Shown here piece after piece: positions 1 through 9,321 of a stretch of DNA of 64,000 nt; position 1 is the first letter of the stretch, and each line of letters begins with the position of its first letter. Below the pieces are notes generated by a model that made no database searches, was not told the DNA's origin, and saw nothing but the letters and a program-made list of their open reading frames with translations. The DNA is from a virus. The stretch lies in the IMG/VR virus record IMGVR_UViG_3300027747_004417. One strand, given 5' to 3'. The position numbers and the translations under genes are program-made.

Positions 1-325
1 TTGTTGCATCAACACTTATTCCTCCTTTTGCCCCTCCATAAGGAAGTTTTAAACAGGCACACTTAAAGGTCATCCAAAAAGCAAGAGCTTCACAATGGTC
101 TTGATTTACTGATGGATGATACCTTATGCCGCCTTTTGCTGGCCCTAAAGTAGTGTCATATTGGCACCTATAAGCTTTATACATTTTTAATGATCCGTCA
201 TCGTGTCTCACCGGCAAAGAGACCGATAGGGTTTTTTGCGGATACTGCAACCTAAGCCAGCTTTCATCGTCTATTTGTGCGAATTTATAAGCTGCTTCTA
301 GCTGTTTTTTTGCTTCTTCTAGCAT
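1..325 (-). CDS. gdhA: Glutamate dehydrogenase (Glu/Leu/Phe/Val DH family), N-terminal 108 aa, truncated by window edge
   Basis: Not in ORF track. Hand translation from ATG at 325: MLEEAKKQLEAAYKF...LPVRHDDGSLKMYKAYRCQYDTTLGPAKGGIRYHPSV...ALAFWMTFKCACLKLPYGGAKGGISVD, with the classic GPxKGGIRY and LPYGGxKGG motifs. Confidence 0.93.
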   Translation of the reverse strand, partial: MLEEAKKQLEAAYKFAQIDDESWLRLQYPQKTLSVSLPVRHDDGSLKMYKAYRCQYDTTLGPAKGGIRYHPSVNQDHCEALAFWMTFKCACLKLPYGGAKGGISVDAT

Positions 326-373
326 AAATAAAGTACCCCTTGTTAAATTTATTAGAGTTATTTGGAGATAATA

Positions 374-1741
374 ATGAAAACATTCCTTGAAAGCTTGAAC
401 ATAACCAAGAACACTAGACTATTAGAACAATTGATTTTAAAATTAGAGTACTTAGGAATAGACTCTAACGAATTCTTGGATTGGTACATAGAAGAAGGCA
501 TCAATCTACAGAAAAAAGGTTTATTGATAGAAGGTTTTGATGATTGGGCCTTAAGAGAAGGTATTTGGGATAGTTTCAAAAGTAGATGGTTTGGAGGCAA
601 AAGTTCAGGCCAGGGTCAAGACCACACAGACTCTTCAACAGTGCAAAGAATTAAAAACGCAGGAGAGAGGGCAGGCCAATTCGTCCACAACCAAGGTAAC
701 CGCGTGGGAAAAGCACTTGGGTGGGCTAGAGACGCTTATAATAGTTTTAACAAAGGCGTACAAGGCGATAATTCAAATAACGTAGATAAGCATACTTCTA
801 ATCCTTCTGTTGTAGAAAAAGCTAAAGAAGCTTTGTCTAATTTATCTAAAAGAATACAATATTCTAAACAGCTTCAGTCGATTCTAGGTCGTGACAATGA
901 AAGTATTATACAGCTTTTAAATGCACTCCAAAGCGTCAAAGAATCTTTTGATATAAGAAATAAACTCATTTTTTTGAAGTCTAACGGTTTGGATGTAGAG
1001 CAACTGGTAGAGCTGTTTATACAAGAAAAATCGAATATCAACGAGGGAATAGAAGACTGGTTTGGAAAGGTTGGTGATTGGTTCAAGGGTCAATGGGCAA
1101 ATGTAAAACATGCTTGGAACACTTGGGGCGATGGCCAAGAGGGAGAAGCAGTAAGAAGAGACAAACAAGCTGTGGATAACGCTATGAATGCACTACAAGA
1201 CTTACAGCAAAATAGTAGCAACAATGAAGCCATTTCAAAATTTAAAGATACAATAAACCAAATAATTGATAAAATAAATTCGGCAAAGCAGGCTCTAAAT
1301 CAAACAGGAAGTGAGCCGCAAAACAAACCACAGTCTGCACCACAGCCTGCACAAAACCCAGGTCCAGCTTCAGCAGCTCCTGGAGTTACTGGAGTTACTG
1401 TTTCTTCCACAGCAGGAACGCCTTCCAATCAGGACGGTTCTTCTCAAAGTGGTTGGCTTGGTAGTGGCTCAAATCAAGACGGTTCTTCTCAAAGTGGTTG
1501 GCTTGGTAACAACTCCGGAGATGTACAACAAAATTATTTAGGAAAAACTCAAATGTACGGTCGCCAACCTAAGCCGGGAGTTAAAAAGCCTGCTGGGGGA
1601 TGGCCAAACCCAGGAACTGGTACTACAGATGTGGGCTCAGGAGTTCAAAATAGCTCAACAAACTATGACTCCGATGAAAACAAAAAGTTTCTAGAGTCTT
1701 TGCTACCAAAATCAAACAAGTTCTCTTGGTTTGGATATTAG
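374..1741 (+). CDS. Hypothetical protein, probable head-internal/virion protein with duplicated module and Q/P/G/S low-complexity tail
   Basis: GGAGA SD before ATG at 374. N-terminus MKTFLESL; two EG-(I/F)xDW-F modules; no enzymatic motif recognised. Confidence 0.6.
   Translation: MKTFLESLNITKNTRLLEQLILKLEYLGIDSNEFLDWYIEEGINLQKKGLLIEGFDDWALREGIWDSFKSRWFGGKSSGQGQDHTDSSTVQRIKNAGERAGQFVHNQGNRVGKALGWARDAYNSFNKGVQGDNSNNVDKHTSNPSVVEKAKEALSNLSKRIQYSKQLQSILGRDNESIIQLLNALQSVKESFDIRNKLIFLKSNGLDVEQLVELFIQEKSNINEGIEDWFGKVGDWFKGQWANVKHAWNTWGDGQEGEAVRRDKQAVDNAMNALQDLQQNSSNNEAISKFKDTINQIIDKINSAKQALNQTGSEPQNKPQSAPQPAQNPGPASAAPGVTGVTVSSTAGTPSNQDGSSQSGWLGSGSNQDGSSQSGWLGNNSGDVQQNYLGKTQMYGRQPKPGVKKPAGGWPNPGTGTTDVGSGVQNSSTNYDSDENKKFLESLLPKSNKFSWFGY
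1427..1508 (+). repeat. Two 37-bp direct repeats, 45-bp period (QDGSSQSGWLG x2)
   Basis: aatca(g/a)gacggttcttctcaaagtggttggcttggta at 1427-1463 and 1472-1508. Confidence 0.9.
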
Positions 1742-1815
1742 TGAATGCTCCCACCCCCTAAAGGGAGTGGGCTTCTAAGACATTGCTGTCTAAAGAGTTC
1801 ATCTCTTATAATGAA
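1741..1815 (-). mobile_element. IS200/IS605-type right-end-like hairpin remnant (no transposase or TnpB nearby)
   Basis: Minus strand reads GAAGCCCACTCCC-TTTA-GGGGGTGGGAGCATTCAC: 9-bp stem with one G.U, ending in TTCAC, preceded by two small hairpins. Confidence 0.5.
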
Positions 1816-1989
1816 CTAAGACTTAAGCGTTTCTTTTAAGCCTAAAATTAAATAGTGCACGCAAATTGCAACAAGACATAAACAAGATAAAGCTTCTGTA
1901 ACTTTTAGTGAGTTGAATAGAAGAACACTTAAGTAAGCACAAGACAATATTGGCTGTATTGCGAATAAGAATAGCAATATTTTTGACAT
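1816..1989 (-). CDS. Small two-helix membrane protein (57 aa)
   Basis: Hand translation MSKILLFLFAIQPILSCAYLSVLLFNSLKVTEALSCLCLVAICVHYLILGLKETLKS; ATG 15 nt after the lat stop. Better candidate than the track ORF 1823..2008. Confidence 0.6.
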   Translation of the reverse strand: MSKILLFLFAIQPILSCAYLSVLLFNSLKVTEALSCLCLVAICVHYLILGLKETLKS

Positions 1990-2004
1990 AAAGTATGTAT
2001 GTCT

Positions 2005-3276
2005 TCAAATACTGTTTTTAATATATTCTATAGCTTCATCTACATTTTGCTTTGTAAATATAAGGTGAGGTCTTAGTCTAATAGACTTTTTACCGCAGGG
2101 TAAAACAAGCATTTTTTCTCTTAGCTTCTTTAGAACTTCATCTCTTCTAGACGGAGTTTCTAAGTCGAAAGCAAGCATTAAACCTCTTCCCCTAACATTG
2201 TTAATCTCATCAACACCATTCAGCTTGTCTAGAAAGTAGCTGCCTACTGTGGAAGCGTTTTCTACTAGATTAAGTTCTTTAATTACACGTATTATCTTAG
2301 TAAATCTTAGCATGTCCACAACATTTCCACCCCATGTGGAGCTTATTCTGCTGGATTCATTGAACACATTATTATCTATATCTTCAATCCTGTTGGTAGA
2401 GGCAAAGCCGCAAACTTGTGTCTTTTTTCCGAATGATATCATGTCTGGAATAATTCCATAATGCTCATAGGCCCAAGTTGCACCAGTCAGACCAACTCCT
2501 GTCTGTACTTCGTCCAAAATTAGCAGACACTCATAGTCATCTGCCAATTTTCTGATAGCTTTAAAATATTCTGTTCTAAAGTGATTGTCACCTCCTTCAC
2601 CTTGAATTGTTTCCAGAACAATTGCTGCTACTAAGTTTGATTTAAGGGCTCTCTCTGTTTGAAGAAGACTGAGCTCCTCAACCAAGGATGCTTTGCTTTC
2701 TACCACAGGAAATTCTATCTTTGGATTTTTCACTCTTGTCCAATTAAACTTTGGAAAAAGAGCAGTCTTGTTTAGTACCGTGTTCGTTAAAGAGAGGCAG
2801 TATCCACTTCTTCCATGAAAGGCTTCCTCTAAGTGCACAACATCCATTTTATTTACTAGAAATTCTTTTGCACTATAATTTAGCCCCAGCTTTTTAGCTT
2901 TCCAGTCAAACGCACATTTAATTGCATTTTCTACTGCTAATGTTCCTCCGTCTATAAAGAACAGATGGTTAAAGTCAGGTGTAATTTTAGAAAACTCTTC
3001 TATAAAATTAGCATAAGTTTCTGTGTAAAAGTCACAATTAGCTATTTTGTTTAAGCAACAGAACTCTAACTCATCTGGACTTGCAAACATTAATTCCTTA
3101 AGTCTTGGATGATTCCAACCAAGAGGCATACTGGCATATTGTGATGCACAATCTAGATAAGAGGTTCCTGAAATTTTATCTACCAGATAAACGCCAGCAC
3201 TCCTTTTGGGGTCGATTACAACCTTTTCTCCATCACCTACTGTGTATTTGCAAATTATTTCGTGGACTCTATCCAT
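2005..3276 (-). CDS. lat: L-lysine 6-transaminase (class III PLP aminotransferase)
   Basis: GTLAVENAIKCAFDWK, HLEEAFHGRSGYCLSLTNT, FPKFNW, IQGEGGDNHF, DEVQTG, FGKKTQVCG (PLP lysine), SSTWGG match the Lat subfamily. Confidence 0.9.
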   Translation of the reverse strand: MDRVHEIICKYTVGDGEKVVIDPKRSAGVYLVDKISGTSYLDCASQYASMPLGWNHPRLKELMFASPDELEFCCLNKIANCDFYTETYANFIEEFSKITPDFNHLFFIDGGTLAVENAIKCAFDWKAKKLGLNYSAKEFLVNKMDVVHLEEAFHGRSGYCLSLTNTVLNKTALFPKFNWTRVKNPKIEFPVVESKASLVEELSLLQTERALKSNLVAAIVLETIQGEGGDNHFRTEYFKAIRKLADDYECLLILDEVQTGVGLTGATWAYEHYGIIPDMISFGKKTQVCGFASTNRIEDIDNNVFNESSRISSTWGGNVVDMLRFTKIIRVIKELNLVENASTVGSYFLDKLNGVDEINNVRGRGLMLAFDLETPSRRDEVLKKLREKMLVLPCGKKSIRLRPHLIFTKQNVDEAIEYIKNSI

Positions 3277-3587
3277 TAGATATAACCGTCCTTTATAGCC
3301 TTTTTAATATCATCTGCAGTTACTTTTCTACCAACAAAATCAGATACAGACTCTACAAAGTGCTTTTCAATATCTTTTTGTACTGCTTTCATATACATCG
3401 GTCCCATTCTCATTGCTTCTACCAAAGAGTTTATATCGACTTGCCAATCTAAGAGTTCTCCTCCTATGAATATGGCCTTTTCTATTCCCCCGCCTTTGGC
3501 TGGTCTTATTTTAACTTCAAAACTTTTTCTGCCCTCGAACTTTATTGTGTCTTCGTATTCGCTGGAATCTTTTTGTTCTTCTGTCAT
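3276..3587 (-). CDS. Hypothetical protein
   Basis: GGAGG SD; abuts lat start. Confidence 0.7.
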   Translation of the reverse strand: MTEEQKDSSEYEDTIKFEGRKSFEVKIRPAKGGGIEKAIFIGGELLDWQVDINSLVEAMRMGPMYMKAVQKDIEKHFVESVSDFVGRKVTADDIKKAIKDGYI

Positions 3588-3643
3588 TTATCCTCCAATC
3601 TTAATATAGTTATTTTTTTGAATGTTGAAATGGTAAATATATC

Positions 3644-4156
3644 ATGAATAAATTCCTAGAAAGTAGTTTTAAAGACTTGTATTCAAGTACTGTAAACGCT
3701 TTTCCGAAAACAACTAGAAGGCAACACGCTATAGACCCTATAAAAATTGTTAGGCTGGAATGGGTTCCATATGTTGGTCTCAAAACGTTGTTTATAAAAG
3801 GTTTAGCACAAAATACTGAAAACTCAAAGGAATATAACCCTATTCTGCTCTTTAAGAAAATAAACTATTCAAGCGTAAAGGGTAATAATTATATTGAAAT
3901 AAGAGACAACAATGGAAAGAACTACTTACTGGAAAAAATATCAGAAAACGACGTGCTAGTAAGGTGCAGTTGCAAGGACTTCCTTTGGAGAGGAAATTAC
4001 GCAGATCACCTTGATCACTCCCTATACGGCAGAAAAAGGACTGAGTACGCTTCTCAAACCAACAGACCTCCGGTGAATCCCAACAATGACCCTATGGTCT
4101 GCAAGCACGTTATCAAACTTTATAAGGTGATAGAACAATCTGGAATTATAAATTAA
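3644..4156 (+). CDS. SWIM-type Zn-finger-like protein
   Basis: VRCSCKDF...MVCKHV (CxC...CxH). Confidence 0.6.
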   Translation: MNKFLESSFKDLYSSTVNAFPKTTRRQHAIDPIKIVRLEWVPYVGLKTLFIKGLAQNTENSKEYNPILLFKKINYSSVKGNNYIEIRDNNGKNYLLEKISENDVLVRCSCKDFLWRGNYADHLDHSLYGRKRTEYASQTNRPPVNPNNDPMVCKHVIKLYKVIEQSGIIN

Positions 4157-4168
4157 TCAAGGAGGTTT

Positions 4169-4699
4169 ATGAGTTTTGATGAATTCTTAAATGTTTTTAA
4201 GAGGATAGAGGGTATCAAGATAATTGAATCTAAAGATGGTCCATATTTTATTAGCTATTCTGTTTTATTAGATAATACACAAAAAGAAATAGAATTTATA
4301 GTAAATGAACTAAAAAACACTTTTGCTTGCGACATATCACTTCATAATATAGATGACAATTCATTTAAGTTTGTTTTAGGGTCTATAGACTTAGAGTCAA
4401 ACCTAAAATCCATCTCAGAAAAGATATTGGAATTAGTCAGCAAACAAGAAGATAACAGAAAAAGCAAGTACAAAGAGTTTGGTTTACCTGATTTATCCTT
4501 GGTTACCATAAAGCAAATGGTAGAAGAACTAAAAAAGCGTAAAAACTTAGTATTTTCTTTAGTTTGGATAGAGAATAACGAGAGAGATAACATAGCAATA
4601 GAAGGCTCAGGAAACCCTACGCAACTAGTAGGATTGCTTGCTAGGGGCGTTCACATGGCTATCGAATGGGCAGACCGCAGTATAAGATTCAATAAATAA
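4169..4699 (+). CDS. Hypothetical protein
   Basis: AAGGAGG SD; N-terminus MSFDEFL. Confidence 0.75.
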   Translation: MSFDEFLNVFKRIEGIKIIESKDGPYFISYSVLLDNTQKEIEFIVNELKNTFACDISLHNIDDNSFKFVLGSIDLESNLKSISEKILELVSKQEDNRKSKYKEFGLPDLSLVTIKQMVEELKKRKNLVFSLVWIENNERDNIAIEGSGNPTQLVGLLARGVHMAIEWADRSIRFNK

Positions 4700-4721
4700 T
4701 TTCTATATATTGTGGAGAAAA

Positions 4722-5279
4722 ATGACATATCAATCTAGCCCAATAATAACCGAGAAGCAAAAACAAGTAATATATGGAACTATATTGGGGGGGTCCTCTA
4801 TAATTATGCCAAGCAAGGGAAAGAACTTTTATTTGGCCATGAGGGACAAAGATCAAACATGGCTTTCTTACAAGGTTAACTTACTTAGCAATCTTTTTAA
4901 AACAGAAGAGTCTATAAAAAAGGATGGAACAACTTATAGAGCTTACAGTGTATCCTACCCAGTTTTTAAGGATATACATTCTCTTTTTTACAAAGGTAAA
5001 GACAAAATAATCAATAGAAACGTTTTGGATCTTTTGACGGACCAGGCTTGGATGATCTGGTTTATAGACGCAGGTAGAAGAAGTAAGAGAAAGTGCTATT
5101 TGAGGACTAATAAATTTAAAGAAGATGGAACTAAAAGTATTGTTAAATACTTTAATTCTTTAGATTGTGATTGTGAAATGCACAAATGTCGCAACAGATA
5201 CGAAGTCGTTTTTACAAACAAAGGTTCTGCTGAGTTTTTAAGTATAATCAATCCTTGTAAGCCAAGCTTCTTACCTTAG
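4722..5279 (+). CDS. LAGLIDADG_2 (I-SceI-like) fold protein, catalytic residues apparently lost
   Basis: IYGTILGGSSI and AWMIWFIDAG correspond to the two LAGLIDADG helices; GGAGA SD before ATG at 4722. Confidence 0.75.
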   Translation: MTYQSSPIITEKQKQVIYGTILGGSSIIMPSKGKNFYLAMRDKDQTWLSYKVNLLSNLFKTEESIKKDGTTYRAYSVSYPVFKDIHSLFYKGKDKIINRNVLDLLTDQAWMIWFIDAGRRSKRKCYLRTNKFKEDGTKSIVKYFNSLDCDCEMHKCRNRYEVVFTNKGSAEFLSIINPCKPSFLP

Positions 5280-5611
5280 ATGCTATTCTTTATTGCTTTT
5301 TTAGACATAGAAACAGCACGCTTTACAAGCAATCTACCCGCTGTTCTTAAAAATGGCAAGTTTCTTTTTTTTGCTTCTTCTTCTAACCAATCAACTATGG
5401 TCTCAACGTTTTGCTCACACCATTCATTGCCATTGATATTCATTGTCGTGGCTTTTCTTTTACAACCACAGTTAGGAGCAGCCTTGATTCCTACACTCTC
5501 AAGTATTTGAGATAACATGGTGCCTGGCCCATAGGGATACGATAGAGAAGCAGGTGCTGGTCTAGGTTTTGGGTTTTTATATGACTGTTTTTCTAATATA
5601 GCTGTTTTCAT
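5276..5611 (-). CDS. Small conserved Cys-containing hypothetical protein
   Basis: GPGTML..ILESVGIKAAPNCGC...WCEQNVETIVDWLEEEAKKRNLPF; last gene of the minus-strand 9971-5276 run. Confidence 0.7.
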   Translation of the reverse strand: MKTAILEKQSYKNPKPRPAPASLSYPYGPGTMLSQILESVGIKAAPNCGCKRKATTMNINGNEWCEQNVETIVDWLEEEAKKRNLPFLRTAGRLLVKRAVSMSKKAIKNSI

Positions 5612-5642
5612 ACATTTATTATAGTTTGTTTAGAAATATTTT

Positions 5643-8078
5643 TTAAGGTACGCATGGAGCATAGAACGGTGCCCCGCAAACTCTTTCTCCGTTAGCATTT
5701 GTCATGTCGGGATGACAATTGTCTGTGCAGGATCCAAGAGAATATTCATAATACCCTGGGCATTTCCCACCAGGAGCGTTTATACAATCGTCACCAGCCT
5801 CAGAATTATAGCACTGCCATATAAAAACTACTTCCCCATCACACCACGGTGGGGGGGGTGGAGTTTGGGGGGGTGGAGTTTGGTAAGTTGGTGGGGGTGT
5901 AGGCACAGGTATACATGTATAGTTTTCACATGTATAACCTGAAGGGCATCCGCAGAATCCACCGCACTCATCGCTTAAACCACAGCCATTTTCTAGACAC
6001 TTAGGAACACATTTGGTAGGAGTCGGATAAGGAGTCGGATAAGGAGTCGGATAAGGAGTGTAAGTAGGTGGATATGTTGGTGGCACCGTAGGTGTAGGTG
6101 TTTCACAGTAGCTACACGGCAAGCACATGCCACGGCAGTAGCACCAATCGCATGGACAACATGTAATTCCGGTGTCCGTTGTAAACGGACACAGCAGTAT
6201 GATTTTACATGGATCTGGATATGTTGGCGTAGGTGGAACAGTTGGCGTTGGCTCCGGTGTAGGCGTAGGCTCGTCCGTGGGCGTAGGCGTTGGTGGTTTT
6301 GTTGGTGTAGGCGTTGGTGGTTTTGTTGGTGTAGGTTCTGGGGTTTTTGTTGGCGTGCTTGTTGGTGTGCCTGTTGGTGTGCCTGTTGGAGTTCCTGTTG
6401 GAGTCTCTGTTGGAGTCTCTGTTGGAGTCTCTGTTGGAGTCTCTGTTGGAGTCTCTGTTGGAGTCTCTGTTGGAGTCTCTGTTGGAGTTTCTGTTGGAGT
6501 CTCTGTTGGAGTTTCTGTTGGAGTTTCTGTTGGAGTTTCTGTTGGAGTTTCTGTTGGTGTTTCTGTTGGTGTTTCTGTTGGTGTTTCTGTTGGTGTTTCT
6601 GTTGGTGTTTCTGTTGGTGTTTCTGTTGGTGTTTCTGTTGGCTTTCCCGTAGTCGTTACCGTAGGCGTTGGCGTGGGCGACGGCGTTGGTGTTGGCGTTG
6701 GTGTTGATTCAACGCATGTCCCAGAGCCACTTCCGTCCTCCTGACACACGTATCCATCTGGACATCCACAGAAGGTTTCAATGCAATTATTAATGTTGCA
6801 TCCTGGATCACCCCCGCAAATATAACCTGTACCACACCTTGGGGCTGATCCTTCTGGGCCTTGCAACACCGGGATGTAATCATAGCCACCGTATGGGTTA
6901 GCAGTCTTAACCATTACAAATTCATTCTGTGGGCAACCTGGGCAGGTCACTACTGGTGTTGGAGTGGGTGGTTCTGTAGGCGTTGGAGTAGGTGGAGTTG
7001 TTGTTGGAGTTGTTGTTGGTGTTTCTGTTGGTGTTTCTGTTGGTGTTTCTGTTGGTGTTTCTGTTGGTGTTTCTGTTGGTGTTTCTGTTGGAGTTTCTGT
7101 TGGAGTTTCTGTTGGTGTACTTGTTGGAGTTAGAGTGTTAGTGTTAGTTGGTGTAGGAGTAGGAGTGTTAGTTGGTGTAGGAGTAGGAGTACAACCTAAA
7201 TCACAATCTTTTTTACTCTTATAACATCCATCACAGGGAGATCCATTGTCTACACAGTTTCCATCAATACACATCCAATTACAGTCACTACACTGACACT
7301 CACATGTACCACAACCAGGCAAGCTAGGATCGTACACCCAAACGCCAGGCAATCCACCTGGGCACGGTGATTTTTCACGACATAACTTTTGTAATTCTTC
7401 AATATTAGTACATTCTGGTGTTGTTGTTGGTGTTGTTGTTGGTGTTTCTGTTGGTGTTTCTGTTGGTGTTTCTGTTGGAGTTTCTGTTGGAGTTTCTGTT
7501 GGAGTTTCTGTTGGAGTTGTTGTTGGAGTTGTTGTTGGTGTTGTTGTTGGTGTTTCTGTTGGTGTTTCTGTTGGTGTTTCTGTTGGTGTTTCTGTTGGTG
7601 TGTATGTTGGTGTTTCTGTTGGTGTGTATGTTGGTGTTTCTGTTGGTGTGTATGTTGGTGTGTATGTTGGTGTTTCTGTAATAGTTGGAGTTGGGGTAGC
7701 TGTAGGACAAACAGGTATTGAACTATAGTATTCTTCTCCAAAATCTGAACAATACTGCGGTTTGCAGTTTTGATTTATTACGCCTATGTAAACTTTTTTG
7801 GTAACAGACTCATAGGTTCCGTCTAGATTACAGTAATAACATGTTGTGTCTTCGTATTTTACACAATTATACGTTAACATTTCTTCGCATGTTTTTGCAC
7901 ATGCACAAAGGCAATCTGTTTGTCCTTTGTAACATGGGTCCTGCGTGCATTTTCCGAAAGTGCAGTTGCTAGCACAGTCATATCCTTCACAACCAGAAGT
8001 ACATGGTTTAGCAAGGGAAAATACTACGTTTCCTAAGTCATTTAAGAAACCTTTTAATCTATCCCTTATTTTTACCAT
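5643..8078 (-). CDS. Cys-rich, Pro/Thr-rich mucin-like modular protein (probable virion surface or fibre protein)
   Basis: 811-aa ORF: Cys-rich modules separated by (TETP)n, (TP)n and (PTPY)n linkers. Confidence 0.8.
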   Translation of the reverse strand: MVKIRDRLKGFLNDLGNVVFSLAKPCTSGCEGYDCASNCTFGKCTQDPCYKGQTDCLCACAKTCEEMLTYNCVKYEDTTCYYCNLDGTYESVTKKVYIGVINQNCKPQYCSDFGEEYYSSIPVCPTATPTPTITETPTYTPTYTPTETPTYTPTETPTYTPTETPTETPTETPTETPTTTPTTTPTTTPTETPTETPTETPTETPTETPTETPTTTPTTTPECTNIEELQKLCREKSPCPGGLPGVWVYDPSLPGCGTCECQCSDCNWMCIDGNCVDNGSPCDGCYKSKKDCDLGCTPTPTPTNTPTPTPTNTNTLTPTSTPTETPTETPTETPTETPTETPTETPTETPTETPTTTPTTTPPTPTPTEPPTPTPVVTCPGCPQNEFVMVKTANPYGGYDYIPVLQGPEGSAPRCGTGYICGGDPGCNINNCIETFCGCPDGYVCQEDGSGSGTCVESTPTPTPTPSPTPTPTVTTTGKPTETPTETPTETPTETPTETPTETPTETPTETPTETPTETPTETPTETPTETPTETPTETPTETPTETPTETPTETPTETPTGTPTGTPTGTPTSTPTKTPEPTPTKPPTPTPTKPPTPTPTDEPTPTPEPTPTVPPTPTYPDPCKIILLCPFTTDTGITCCPCDWCYCRGMCLPCSYCETPTPTVPPTYPPTYTPYPTPYPTPYPTPTKCVPKCLENGCGLSDECGGFCGCPSGYTCENYTCIPVPTPPPTYQTPPPQTPPPPPWCDGEVVFIWQCYNSEAGDDCINAPGGKCPGYYEYSLGSCTDNCHPDMTNANGERVCGAPFYAPCVP
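6350..6645 (-). repeat. 12-bp tandem repeat array encoding (TETP/TGTP)n
   Basis: Runs of ggagtctctgtt, ggagtttctgtt and ggtgtttctgtt on the + strand; boundaries approximate. Confidence 0.95.
6990..7200 (-). repeat. Second TETP/TP tandem array
   Basis: gttggtgtttct units; boundaries approximate. Confidence 0.9.
7415..7680 (-). repeat. Third [12 protein letters not shown] tandem array
   Basis: 12-bp units with gtat/gttt/gttg variants; boundaries approximate. Confidence 0.9.
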
Positions 8079-9321
8079 AATTTTCTACCAAAAAGCTGAT
8101 TTTTATTAGATCTATTTCGTTTTTTTCTCCATAGTTCAATAAATTATTTATGTTATCTATGATCGTTTTTTGGTCATCAGAATTTAACTGAGAGGAGGAA
8201 ACTATTTCTAAATAGTTTCCTGAGCACCTTACTTCTTTTATTTCTTTAAAAAATGATAGTTTCTCTCTTACCTTTAGGATGCTTTTACCTTTTATTAGGA
8301 ATGGTCTATTATCTAAAAACTCAAATTCTCTGTACAATCTACCGCAATCACATCTTTGATAATTTTTATTGTCTATTTTACATAAATCTCCGTTCCAATA
8401 GTTAACAAAAGGACTCGCTAAGGAGAAATAATCTGTTGATATTAGTTTATTGTCTTTCTCCACGCACCACGATATATTGTCCATTAAATGGTAGTTTTCT
8501 TCTTTACATGTAAAGAATGTCGCACCACCATCCCAGCATCTCATGTGATCGCAAATACTATCAAAAAGATTGTTATCTTTTACATATTTGATTGTCTTTG
8601 CCATGAGCTTTTCATTTGTATTGCTGAGAAGTGTAGAAATTTTTACATTTAAGTTTTTTCTTTGTAGGTAATTACACAGAGCACTTAAGTTGGGACCAGT
8701 AGTAAATGTCACATCTATTTTATTATTTTTAATGTGGTTCACTAGATAGTGAAAAAAAGCATCACTGTTTTGCCTAAAAGCTTCAAAGTTTGTGTAATGA
8801 ATTGTTCCATTTCTCTTTCTTCCATGATGCTCCATAAAGTTTTTAGAGTCGCTTCTTACTTCTATGACTTCTTTAATTGGCAACTTTAGGTCAAAAAAGA
8901 ATAAAATATTGGGTTGCTCTTTGATGTTGAATTCATCCAAAATAAGATCATAATGATTATCGCACTCTATAAAGTGCAAAAAGTCTTCCCATCTTCGATA
9001 GGAGAAAGAATAACCAGTGGTGCTACCACTTGTAGCCATAGGGCATGAGTTTATCTCTTCAACATACCACTTATCTTTGTTTATAAGATCCGCCTTTTCA
9101 GCGAATTCCTTTCGTTCTAGATAAGAAAATATAGGGCTTTTTTCTTGTGCCCAAAGATGTATGTTTAGTATAAGAAGCTTTATAGTATCTCTTACTAGGT
9201 CTTCATCTTCATATAAGAGATTAGTGCATATCTTTTTGTAGTCAAAAAGCATTTGCTTGCTTGGAAGCTCTTTGTTGCTCCATTTTTTAATGAAGCTTAT
9301 TACTTCCTGTGTATTCCGCAT
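8059..9321 (-). CDS. Phenylacetate-CoA ligase / CapK-like adenylate-forming enzyme
   Basis: ATSGSTTG P-loop, [21 protein letters not shown]; start reassigned to MRNTQ at 9321. Confidence 0.7.
   Translation of the reverse strand: MRNTQEVISFIKKWSNKELPSKQMLFDYKKICTNLLYEDEDLVRDTIKLLILNIHLWAQEKSPIFSYLERKEFAEKADLINKDKWYVEEINSCPMATSGSTTGYSFSYRRWEDFLHFIECDNHYDLILDEFNIKEQPNILFFFDLKLPIKEVIEVRSDSKNFMEHHGRKRNGTIHYTNFEAFRQNSDAFFHYLVNHIKNNKIDVTFTTGPNLSALCNYLQRKNLNVKISTLLSNTNEKLMAKTIKYVKDNNLFDSICDHMRCWDGGATFFTCKEENYHLMDNISWCVEKDNKLISTDYFSLASPFVNYWNGDLCKIDNKNYQRCDCGRLYREFEFLDNRPFLIKGKSILKVREKLSFFKEIKEVRCSGNYLEIVSSSQLNSDDQKTIIDNINNLLNYGEKNEIDLIKISFLVENYGKNKG

Noticed and set aside
1823-2008. Track ORF of 61 aa
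   Set aside because: TTG start inside the lat stop region; the overlapping ATG frame 1816-1989 gives a more plausible two-helix membrane protein.
6350-7680. Tandem repeats as a possible CRISPR array
   Set aside because: Units are 12 bp, contiguous, in frame and have no unique spacers.
6172-7741. Long alternative-frame ORFs (poly VGVS, LLEF, CWCF, KHQQ, NTNR)
   Set aside because: Stop-free shadows of the 12-bp TETP arrays; only the 5643-8078 frame has complex Cys-rich domains.
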